DNA of 63,858 nucleotides, filler included, from Choristocarpus tenellus KU-1152 (Eukaryota > Protista > Phaeophyceae): assembly GCA_964200185.2 (NCBI GenBank). It is 12 parts of 12 records of this genome, joined end to end, with 100 filler letters (N's around TTAATTAATTAA, not from the genome) between each part and the next. Parts side by side here need not be neighbours in the genome. Positions count along the whole stretch, not along the records: positions 36,686 to 41,087 come from CAXNAD020014714.1; positions 41,188 to 44,976 come from CAXNAD020017908.1; positions 45,077 to 48,975 come from CAXNAD020017260.1; positions 49,076 to 55,235 come from CAXNAD020008802.1; 8 more parts are not named here. One strand, given 5' to 3'. The position numbers and the translations under genes were made by a program. The stretch's first letter is position 1, and each line of letters begins with the position of its first letter. This document shows, piece by piece, positions 38,517-49,800 of this stretch. The notes under the pieces are model-generated. The model was not told the origin of the DNA. It made no database searches and was given only the letters and a program-made list of their open reading frames with translations.

Positions 38517-40753
38517 TAAAGCTCATCTCACTTTTAGTAGTGGTCAAAATGAGGTATACCCTCATTTATTTGAACCAGAAGGGTACATTACACCGGAACT
38601 GAGCTTGATGTATACACTGACTGACAGTGTGCCCAAGGTCTTGAACACATTCTTGATCTACTTGGCGGTGCGGGATGAGTAAGGAATATATCGTGGATGA
38701 TAACATGTCCTATCACTTGTACCGTTTAACATAGGCACATAATAATAGTTTCATTTGTTTCCCCCCTGATACATCTGCAAAATGTCAGAGGGCATAATAA
38801 TATATCATAATAGCATGGTTTGTTCTCTGTTGGTACAATTTACCACTCTTTTTGTAGGGGATTATTCTTATTATTGAGATAGAGTAGTACTGACATCACC
38901 CCTATTTTAATATTATGCCCTCTTAACATTTTTCAGATGTGTCACCCCTATTGGGATTGCTGTTACGTTTGTGGCGATTTCATAACATCAGAGTACTCTG
39001 CCGACTTCCGATCAACTAGTCAGTGGAGAGTCGGAAGTTTCGGGATTAGTCAGTGACCAGCCCAGCAATAGGTATTTTGTAATGCACTGGTATGTTTATC
39101 ATCTTGCTACAAACCTCTTCTCACGAAACCCCCTAAAATATGGTCAAAAATACAGCTGTCATCCGTGTGCAAATATTGGCATTATCACCTACCTGTTCTG
39201 CACAGGAGAGTGGAAATCATCAACCAATCCGTAGAAGCAAATAGCTGTCTTGGTGAAGCAGAAATAGCGTGAGAATAGATGTCAATCTTTATCTTTCTCA
39301 CACATCCCGACAAAGGCTGTGGCCCTTCCTCATTATCCATTATGCACTCACCGTCTCTAACACAGTTGAGGTGATACCCTGGTATCGTTAATTAATATTA
39401 CTGAGTAGCAATCAAGGCTGCTCCCATTGCACGAACATAGTCCACATGTATTGGTCCATTCCATGCACGAAAATACTTGAAAGCATATGCCTATTCAAAA
39501 AAGAAAATGTGGGGCAGAGCACCTTGCCTCCTCCTGGTGCACACCCCTGTGCTGACTATGCACGTGCTCCGTGAGAAGAGTGTTACAAACTACTCTGTAC
39601 ATTATTAATGCAGTATACTCATTCAAGGGGGGCCAAACCCCTTTTGCTGTCAAATAATCCTTACCAAAATAACTAATCCTCCCACACAGATGACACCAAC
39701 GCAATACAAAACATTGCCTACCACTGGTAAGTATACAGGAGCGCCTACCTATCTCCTTTCATCACTGCTCCTCACCAACCCCAAACCTATCACTATCATC
39801 ATCCTGTGATAACAGTTTACATCTATGTGTTCATCCATGGCTTCACTTTCAAGATCTCATGATCCAATCTTAACAATGGACGAAATGCACACATGATTAA
39901 AGAACTCAAGAGTCCACTCAAATAATGTGACCTGTTCTAAGCAAAGTGTGCAAGAGAGTCGCCCTCTGCTTGACCCTACCCTCCCTGCATTACATCAACC
40001 ATGTCAGTGATGATGTCTACATTGTCCCACTCTTACCTCCATCTACGTGATCCTATCGAGACTCCCTCTAGGTGTGGGTAGGGGTGGGAAAAATGAGCAG
40101 AGACTCTACCGGAGAGTATATGCAAACAGGGTATGACATAGAGGCCAGGTCCATGGTGCCCTGAATCAATGACTGCACAGGAAAGCAAGGCACAGCGGAA
40201 CAAGTCCCTAAAATAGTACACTAGAATGAACACTTTTCACTACTTAGAGCTGACCGAACTCTTTCACGTAACCCATGAAAGAGAGTGTGTCTGGAGAGAG
40301 GTTGAGGGGCAAGGGTATTCTTGCATCAAGAAAAAAAGAGAAAAAAAAAGACCAAAAGCACCTGTTCGCCCAGACACACGAAACCAAAAAAAGCTTGCTC
40401 ATTTTTCATTTCGATAATTTAATCCTTCTTTCTTGGCAACCAATCGCATCACAGTCGGTTACAACATTACATCCGAAGAGCAACACACACAAAAAAAAGA
40501 GAGCAAACAAACAACAACGCCAGGACCACGACAAAGAGGTGGACCAGGCAGGCGGTTGAGACGTCAGAATAACACTTCACTTGCTTTATTGCTCCCCGCC
40601 CCTATGGGCCAACCCAACCAGGAGACAGAGGACGAAAAACAAGACACTAATCCACAAACACGAAGCTGCCGGAGAGCGGCCAACCTCCACCCTTCCGATT
40701 CACCCCCTGACGCCAGCACACCACCCTGCACATCCTAGCGAGCTGGCTCTACA

Positions 40754-41016
40754 TCAGGTTACAGTCTCCAGGAGGGGGTCAATGCTGCGGTCATCCACAA
40801 CATCGTACATTGCACCTTCGCGTGGCAATGGAACAATAACATGGTCACCATTCTCACCCTTGGGCTTTCCCCATCGTGTAGAGGCTGCCCCGGTGAATTG
40901 ACCCTCCTTTCCCCACTGAGCTGTGTCCGCAAATATCCGTTCTCTATCAAGGATGCCGTCTAGCTCCTCTTCAGAGATGACCTCGTCAACACCCTCTCCA
41001 GCCTTGTCGTATTCCA

Positions 41017-41017
<1 letters not shown>
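40754..41017 (-). CDS. Probable last exon of a DDM1/HELLS(Lsh)-like SNF2 remodeler
   Basis: VISEEELDGILDR...PLPREGAMYDVV...LL* resembles the DDM1/HELLS C-terminal pattern ISDxDLxxLLDR...PxxGxG(W/F)EVV. No helicase motifs are present in the contig. Confidence 0.5.
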
Positions 41018-41055
<38 letters not shown>

Positions 41056-41187
41056 TTATAAATAAAAAAAAAAACATAAACGGCAGANNNNNNNNNNNNN
41101 NNNNNNNNNNNNNNNNNNNNNNNNNNNNNNNTTAATTAATTAANNNNNNNNNNNNNNNNNNNNNNNNNNNNNNNNNNNNNNNNNNNN

Positions 41188-42030
41188 GGTAGAGCCGCGT
41201 CCATTTGGGGGTCAAAATACAATGTTGTGATTTTGATGTAATTTTGTCTATCATGTACCCTCTATGATAGTTTCACTCTTTAAGAATACAAATGTCCAAC
41301 AATTTCAGATTTTGTATCTCAAAAATTGGAGGATGTCATTTTTTTTTTGACCTTTTGGTTTCTGGACATTGGAAACGTACAAGATCGATTAAGTATGTCC
41401 TACTACCACCTTCAGCATGGATTCCCATTCAAAAAGGGGCCCTTAAAAAGTGCCGCAAAATTTACAAAAATAAACATATCGGCACTTTTTCCGCACCATG
41501 TTCGGTCAAAACCATCATCAATAGTACGCTCCATCCTCAATTTTTTCAATTCACTGTTATATGTAATCGTATGATGTTCGATATTCATTTTTTCATATAA
41601 CACAATTGTGAACAGAAACAGAAATCACCAAAACTCAAGAACCGCTTTTTGTCGTCTCTAGCATTGTTAGAGCCAAAGTATCTTAGAGGGTAGAGCCGCG
41701 TCCATTTGGGGGTCAAAATACAATGTTGTGATTTTGATGTAATTTTGTCTATCGTGTACCCTCTAAGATAGTTTCACTCTTTAAGAATACAAATGTCTAA
41801 CAATTTCAGATTTTGTATCTCAAAAATTGGAGGGTGTCATTTTTTTTTTTATCTTTTGGTTTCTGGACATAGGAAATAATTAATTATCATCAATTAAGTA
41901 TGTCCTACAACCACCTTCGGCATGGATTCCCATTCAAAAAAGGGCTCTAAAAAAGTGCCGCAAAATTGACAAAAAAGAACAAATGGGCACCTTCCGAGCA
42001 CCATTTTGGGAAAAATCCATCCTCCATGAC
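41188..42030. repeat. ~501-bp-period duplication containing an internally deleted (110-bp) family A MITE
   Basis: 41188-~41530 is repeated at 41689-~42030. The mini-MITE is at 41670-41779, with a truncated twin at 41188-41278. Confidence 0.85.
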
Positions 42031-42779
42031 ATAATCCATCCGCCATTATCTCGATCCACTGTTACTAGGCTGTTCATTCGGACCCTGAGCAGGAAAAATG
42101 CACATAAAATTATCCATCCGACTTGTGCAACCAAATCACCCAAAAATCGCGACAAGAAAAATGGGCCCCAAATGGACAGAGGCAACCCCTTCCGTGATAC
42201 TATAAGCTATTACTCCTCCTGCAGCAATGGAAGTGAGGACAAGTTTGTACTAGGTGAGAGGCCACCATTTGGCAACAAAAGAGACGGTTTGACTTATCCT
42301 CCCCTTGGTGAAGGGAGAGTAGGTCAGATTGTCAAGGATCTGGCTGTTGACCCTTCCCCTGGTGATGGGAGGGGAGGGCAGGTTGACATGAGTCTGTCCA
42401 GAGACACTACCCGAGACAGTGAAGGGAGTGTAGGATATGTCTCATCCTTGAGTTCACAGCACTCGCCTCAGGCAGATACTGACCCAATGGCTGCCCGTAC
42501 TGCAGCTCACCAGCTGGAAGATTTTCTTCTCAATCCAGTCCTTGAACCTTTTGTTGAGTTGGGTAGGACTAGACAGGAAACGTGTGCCAGAGTTGAAGGG
42601 AGTGCAGTTGTTGGTGATGTCATGTCTTTCAATTGCTAGTATAGAGAGGAAACATGTTACTTATGCCCTGACTGTAAAGCCCATGCCTGAGCCCGTGTTG
42701 ATGTGTACATCCCTTCATGGTTGTCGTCTTGTTTCTGAGTTGGGGACCAGCCCCACAGTCTTATGCTGAGGACCCAAAG

Positions 42780-43240
42780 TCTGAATACTGCCCAGTATGG
42801 GAAGAGGCTTAGTCTAAGAAGTTGGATGGTTTATTGGAGACAGGTACCTTCAGTACTGCAGATGTACCCTTGGGGCGCAAGGCTATTGGTTCCAGGTTGG
42901 TGTTGAAATGTAAGGGTGACTGTTTTGGGATGTTCGGTGGGGCTAAGGCAGGCTACTTGTTCAAGGTTTGGTCAGGAGTATGGCGTTGTTGATTACTTTG
43001 AAACGTCTGTCCCCAAACCTTCCGCCTCGTCAGTTAGGCTAATGGTCAGTATGACTTGTGAGTTGGACCTGAGGATGTGGCACCTAGATGTAGAGCAAGC
43101 CTTTGTTCAATTTGACCTGGATGAGGAAGTGTATATGCGCCTCCAACAGGGATGTGGAGATCTCTCCTATACGACTGTATGCCTTGACGGGTCCCTGTAT
43201 ATAGTTTAAAGCAAGGCCTCTAAGACTTGGAATCTAAGCT
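42780..43240 (+). mobile_element. Degenerate Ty1/copia reverse transcriptase fragment
   Basis: GRKAIGSR, GVVDYFET, HLDVEQAFVQ, LDEEVYMRL and SLYxLKQ are copia RT motifs. Frameshifted. Confidence 0.88.
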
Positions 43241-43619
43241 GGTTGCCATCAATTTGTCAATGCATCAACCAAAAACGAGATGTCACGATAACTACCACTT
43301 GGTTGGAACGAAGCGTCGTCTTCATCATACCACACCACGTCTACACAATTAATGCAATCCGCCCACACACAAATACCCTTAGAGACATGGCAGGTATGGC
43401 AAAGCGAAGCAGAGTGTGACAGATATCAAGAACATAAGAAGTTGCCACTGGATATGACGATGATATAATGTTCGTTTCCAAACACTTGTAGGGAAAGCAG
43501 GATGGCATAGGAGATAGTGTTCAAAATATGCTATTTGTCCTGACCAAATTTCGTATATTCTCGAATTATGATATCAACTTCGCTTGTCTACATCAACCTA
43601 TCCCCCCCCTCCTTTATCC

Positions 43620-43850
43620 CTTGAAAACTAATTTTTGGTGTAGTATTTCCCACAATCCACACAAGGTTTCCTTGGCGGTCTGGTCTCCCTATTGGCTTTC
43701 CCAGTGCCAGGGGAGGGTGTGGCACGCTGCAGGTATTGTCCCTCCTGCACTCCAGTATCTCACCATAGATGCAAAGAGATACTGCCGAGTGTTTTCAAGG
43801 GTCTCACAGGGATACTCATCAAATAACTTTGTGGCTGCCTCGATATCATT
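43620..43850 (-). pseudogene. Second mariner transposase C-terminal remnant
   Basis: Minus strand IEAATKLFDEYPCETLENTRQYLF...YGEIL parallels the decayed sequence at 150-350. Confidence 0.5.
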
Positions 43851-45879
43851 TGTGAGTTGATGTTATTACTTTCGTGGGTTTGTCCTTCACAGGTTGCGTT
43901 CCTCGATTTTCGCGTTGACCAAGTCAAGGGAGGAAGACGATATCACTGTCGTTGGGAGGAGAAGGAGTCGTGTGTACCAAAAGTATTGGTGTACGAGGTG
44001 GAGATATTGATAAAAAAATAAACTCTCTTTGTCGGGAAGGGAAGAAAGGCCTAAGATTGATTGAAGATCACAAAGTGTGTCGACTTGCGAGTTCTCACAA
44101 ATGTTAGTTTCGCATATTGCCTTTCGATATGATCTAAACTTCAAATTTCACTACGACATTTAATACACCAACAGCGCCAAATAGGTGGCACCATATCTGC
44201 CGATTGAGCCGTGTAACTCAAATGCATCCTCCCACTGCACATCCTCTTGATAAGTACAAATAATGCAATCAATCAAGCGTAGTATTGTCCAGGTGAGCCA
44301 GGGGATGTATACCGCAGTGTATGTATTTCCCAACTACTCCATCCCATGTACACAAAACAGCTAATGTCAGGGAGATTGGTGTGATGTCCGAAAAAATGTC
44401 GGGGGGAGTGTGAATAGTGCGCAACAATGTGTCTGGAAAATCGACGAAGTAGGAAGGAGGACAAAAATCTGGCAAAGAAAATAATGTGAATTCGGCGCTA
44501 TGAGAGACACACTGGGCGAGAAATTGCCCCAAAAGTCGGAGCAAACTGTTATATACAACATAATAAATTTTGAGACCTTCGAAGGGCTCAAAATCTGAAT
44601 GGAAAATTAGGATATATGCTAGGATATAGGGACATCTTCGTCTTCACCAAAATACCTTTTTGCTTATTCAGTGTACTTCAGGCAGTAGTTTGGTCAATGC
44701 CCTGATTTCGCCATACTGTAGCCCCAACCTTACAAACATCATGCACCCTCCTCTCAAATGCAACAAGAAATTGTGTTGTGCTGTTACAGGCGAATAGCGC
44801 GAGTATATCTTCTTATATTTCAACGAAGTACAAACGTTTGTTACACGCGAATAGCGCGAGCATTCCCTTTTATGTTTTAAGAAATACGAACAATTATAAC
44901 AGACGTAGAATGTGAGGATTAATTCTTGAGTTCTGATAAGTATGAATAATATACGATATTAGCAATACAGAGGTAGNNNNNNNNNNNNNNNNNNNNNNNN
45001 NNNNNNNNNNNNNNNNNNNNTTAATTAATTAANNNNNNNNNNNNNNNNNNNNNNNNNNNNNNNNNNNNNNNNNNNNTTTCGCAAAACAACCATCCCCATA
45101 GTCCCACTTCATCCTCAATTTTGAGAATCTGCTGTTATATGGTATGATTGGAAAAATGATTTTTGGTAAGTGGCGAATGGCTTTAAGGTAGTACAGCCAT
45201 TTTCAGATTGTTGGAATGGGATGAAAATGATAGATTCCTGGTGGGAAAAAACAGTTTTACGTAAGTGCATAATGATACTGGCAGACACAGGAGCCCTATC
45301 CAGACGGGTCGTGCGGTTTAAGCTGGAGACACCAGGGAGAAGGGCTAGGAGGGGCTTGTTAGATTCGTGGGATGGCTCCCTAGTCCCTCACCCTGGAGTA
45401 CAGAACTAAGCTAGGTTAGAGGCACAGGAAGGGAATGGTGTAGCATAACTGGTCGTAAAATAGTGAATAGATGGATGTTTTTCACATTTATGACAACTAT
45501 TACTTTTTTAGGGTTTATTCTGACATGGGAACAGTTTTTGTTGATTTTTCCCTGACACATCTGGAAAATGTCAGAGGGAATAATAAAATACTGGCAGAGA
45601 GAGTATGATAAGACACTTATTGTATACCAGTATAGGTGGTGCTGTTGGAAGTGGTTAGGACTCCAGAAAGCATTTACCGTTCCAGTAACAGTGAAAAATA
45701 TTTAGAAGTACTTCAAAGTAATTTGGTGTACAAGCAATAGACAATCAAGAGAGTACACACATTGTTTTGCGCATTCTGCTACCAAATCAATAGACAACGA
45801 TAGGAGAGCACTGCTATGTTATAAAAACCAACCACGGTTCATTGAAGTGATGCAAAGTAATAGACAAGAAAAACTCAGG

Positions 45880-46500
45880 CAACCTCCCATCTGCCCCACT
45901 CATCCACCAGTAATGGTGTAGTTGCTGTTGCAGCCGTGGTGCAAAAGTGCACCCACTACGAAAGTTCTTTTGCCCCTTGTAGTTTTAACTTCAACATCTT
46001 CACTGTGGAAAGTTTTGGGCGCCTCGGTAGGCAAGCAGAAAGCATTTTAGATGAACTGGTCACACAGACAGTGGGTGGTAGAAGGGTGGGAAGATATAGC
46101 AGGAAAGGGGTCGTCAAGTTCTGCTTACGACAGATAGTGTCCATCGCTGCACAAGTAGCTTGCTCTCCTGAGATGTTTCGTATGTTTCAAGCTACAGACA
46201 CCAGAAAGATGGGCAAGAAGGGGCTTGTCAGGTTGTTGGGGTGCTTCCCTATCTCTTCGCCCACTTGTGTAGAGCTAAGCTAGGTTGGAGGCATATTATT
46301 GTACATATATATAACATCATAATTACCACCCTTTGAGGCAGCATTGTTGTATAAGCTAGTAATTCAAATAGTACTTAAAATATTTTTTTTGTAGAGGTAT
46401 CTTTCACATTTAGGACAACTGTTATTTTTGCAGGGGTCCTTGTGGTCTTGATTAGGCCTTTTCCATGACACGTCTGGGAGATATCAGAGGGCATAATAGT
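45880..46500 (+). mobile_element. 5'-truncated RLE-type (CRE-like) non-LTR retrotransposon 3' end
   Basis: GVVAVAAVVQKCTHY...FTVESFGRLGRQAESILDEL resembles a restriction-like endonuclease C-terminus (KxxxY, FxVExxGxxG). A 3' UTR follows and ends AGAGGGCATAATA. Confidence 0.7.
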
Positions 46501-46793
46501 ATATATACTTCAAAGTACATTTTAAATGGTATTTCGAGAATTTCCACGTTACAGCACTGTAGCGGTTACTGTTGATTTTTTGAACAGTAAAAAGCACAGA
46601 TGTTCTGGAAATAGCACGGAACCATATGGTAGCGGTAGAAATAAGTAAAATAGAAAATAGATTGATAGAAAAATGTCTTTCAAATTTACAACTGTTACTT
46701 TTTAGGGGTTATCCTGACGTTTGAATGTTTTTCATTGGTTTTTCCCCTGACACATCTGCAAAATGTCAGAGGGCATAATAATAGAAATATAGA

Positions 46794-47404
46794 TATTATT
46801 ATGCCCTCTTGGCACATTGAAGATGTGTCAGGTAAAAAGTCAAATCAATACCACAAGGACCCCTACAAAATAACAGTTATTGCAAATGTGAAAGATACCT
46901 CTCCAAAATCTATTTGCTGTTTGAATAACAGCTGTACTACAGCACTCCCCTTAAGCTTGGTAATTGCGATATTATGTGTATACTGTTGCTATGCCTCCAA
47001 CCTACCTTAGCTCTACACAAGTGGGTGAGGAGTTCGGGAAGCACGCCAACGACGTGACAACCCCCTTCTTGCCCATGTGCCTAGTGTCTGTAGCTTAAAA
47101 CGTAGATACATCTCAGGAGAGTCGCTTGTGCAGCGATGGACACTATCTGTCGTAAGCAGAACTTGACAGTCCCTTTCCTGCTATATCCTCCCGTCCCTCT
47201 CCCACCCACAGTGTGTATGATCAACTCACCTAAAAAGATTTCTGCTTGCTTACCGAGGTGCCCAAAAACTCTCCACCGTGAAGAAGGTGTTGAGGTTAAA
47301 ACTACAAGGGTAAAATGAACCCTTGTAGTGGGTGTGCCTTTGTGCCTCGGCTGCAGTAGCAATTACACCAATGCTGGTGGACGAGTGTGGTAGGTGGGAG
47401 GCTG
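46794..47404 (-). mobile_element. Inverted copy of the same RLE-type non-LTR 3' end
   Basis: Reverse-complement homologue of 45880-46500 (FGHLGKQAEIFLGEL...CLRQIVSIAAQ). Shorter copies at ~45280-45587(+), 46630-46783(+), 47440-47660(+), 47806-48070(-), 48640-48772(+), 38755-38800(+) and 38910-38945(-). Confidence 0.7.
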
Positions 47405-49800
47405 CTTGCTCTTTTGCACACCCAACATCCAGGAGGAGGCCTTTATCCCAGTAGGGAGCTGGGGTGCAGGGTAAAGTTAAGTTGGAGGCATAGGAGAGCA
47501 GTGGTGTAGCTGGTAGAAAAATAGTAAATAGATGATAGAAAAATGTCTTTCACATTTGCCAACAAATTTTACTTTTTTAGGGGTTGTTCTGACATTTTAA
47601 TGGTTTTTCGTTGGTTTTTCCCCTGACACATCTGGAAAATATCAGAGGGCATAATAATAAAAATATCAACATAATCCAGAACAGCAGTAACGATGTGTGC
47701 ACTCGGTAAAATGACATGTTCCCACATAGAGTGGGTCAGTGCGCTAGAGTACACAACAGTGCTTAACTGACTTCTTAGGAATCTTTCCCTCCTATTTTAC
47801 ATATACTATTATCATCTATCTGTGACATTTTGCAGATGTGGCAGGGGAAAACCAAACCTTTGTCACAAGGAGAACTGTCAGAATAACACTTGTCGAATAA
47901 CATTTGTTGCTAATGCAATAAAAAATGTACCTCCAAAAACTAATTATAATTCGAGAACAGTACAACAATAATGCTCCCAATGAAGGACGATAACTTCAAA
48001 GTAATACGTATACAGCTACGCTTCTAACTTAGCTTAGCCTACAAAGGTGGGCAAGGAGATAGGGAGGTATCCCCAAATAAATATTAAATATGTATTGTTC
48101 TTGTTCTTGTGGTTTCAACAGTCATCACGGAATCGACGAGCAGGGTGCAACAAGTACGGTATTTGAACAGTAAACATGCAATACTGTGAAATTTTGACGA
48201 TAATAATTGGAAACAGTATGCCAGATCCCTTCCGTAAAGTGTGGACTCACTGCTAGCAGATCTCTAGCCAGGAAGGAGGCCCTATCCAACGGGTACCCAG
48301 TGGCCGCTTGCAGGAGGCGTAATGTTCATACCCGAAATGCTCATACCTGCCCAAGGGGTCAAAGTATCTATGGGGGGGAGCCGGCGTCCGTTTTGACCCT
48401 AGGGCAGGGGAACAGGTACATGAGCACACGCCTGTGGTTAAGCGTCCAGGTCAAGTCTGCAAGGGAGTGGGCACCCCTTGCACTTATTATTATGGAAGAT
48501 GGTCCGGAACTTCCGCATGGATGCGGTCTTCCATACTGGGGCACTTGCAAATAAATGCTGGATCAGGGTGGTGAGATGTTGATCAACAAATTAAACGTTA
48601 CACAGAGCATTGTTGCATTGCTCGTTTTCGAACATAAATTTTCCTTAGAAATGTATCTTTTGGATTGATAACTGTTATTTTTACTGGGAGGGGTCGTTGT
48701 GATACAACTTTGGATTTTCTCTGACATATATGTAAATTGTCAGAGGTTGTCAGAGGGTATAATATAATAATAAAGGATGTATATGATACAGATTGTTTCC
48801 CTCACACATCTGAGTTGTCGTAATCACGAAAAAGTAATATCTCCATAATCTATTTACTACAAACACTTTCCTAAGGTTAAAAATTATAATATTATGTTTA
48901 CATTGACCCTATGTGTGAATCGTGTGATTCTGTGGCGGCGGGGTTCACTCAGGCAAGGGTGGCGAAGAGAATCACNNNNNNNNNNNNNNNNNNNNNNNNN
49001 NNNNNNNNNNNNNNNNNNNTTAATTAATTAANNNNNNNNNNNNNNNNNNNNNNNNNNNNNNNNNNNNNNNNNNNNTTACTTCAGCACTATCAAATATTGT
49101 ACTACTGTCGTCCTTATCTTCCCATCTACCTATTCCTGTGCCTCTATTGTTAATGAGTGAACAATACCACTGTAAAAGGTTTTGTATTTTCAGATCTGTC
49201 ATACGTCATGCCATTCCCCAACATCTCTGTAATTTAACATCATTGTTAATGATAGGAAGTACAGAGTCGACACAGATTATCTATGCGCAACGATATACCA
49301 TATATAATAAAATATACCATATTCTACGTAGTCAGAAGAGATTGAGCTTGACAATTGACCAATCATAGTTAGTTAAGCACAGTCAGTTCCATCTTCTGTT
49401 GACAAAACAATAGAATATATATTTATCTTTCTCGCCATACCGCGCGCTTAGTAGGTATGACGCAGTGATGATCTCATTCCTTGATGTCCTTTGGGCTGAT
49501 CAAATTGGTTTCCGAAAGTGAGTAGTCCTGTTGCTGCACAGTGTTTCATTGCTGAATACACTATAGACGTCCCTTACGGGGCCGACGCGCCTGGTACGAT
49601 TGGTAGAGGGGGTTGGATAACAACTGTTGGGTGGGCTCCTAGAAGAGTCACCCTACGTGTGCCACCTAGTTTCGTTCGGGACTACAGTGACTGAACGGGA
49701 ACTGGGTTTCAAGGAGTTTGGCAATCTGCGAGTAGCTTTGATCTTACTCAAAGTGCAGTTAGACCAGGGAGGGGTGGCCCAATTGATTTGAGGAGCTAAG

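Noticed and set aside
41018-41053. Long poly-C/poly-G runs (also ~33576-33607 and ~55154-55172) as G-quadruplex or poly-Gly features
   Set aside because: They cluster at contig ends and are probably sequencing or assembly artefacts.
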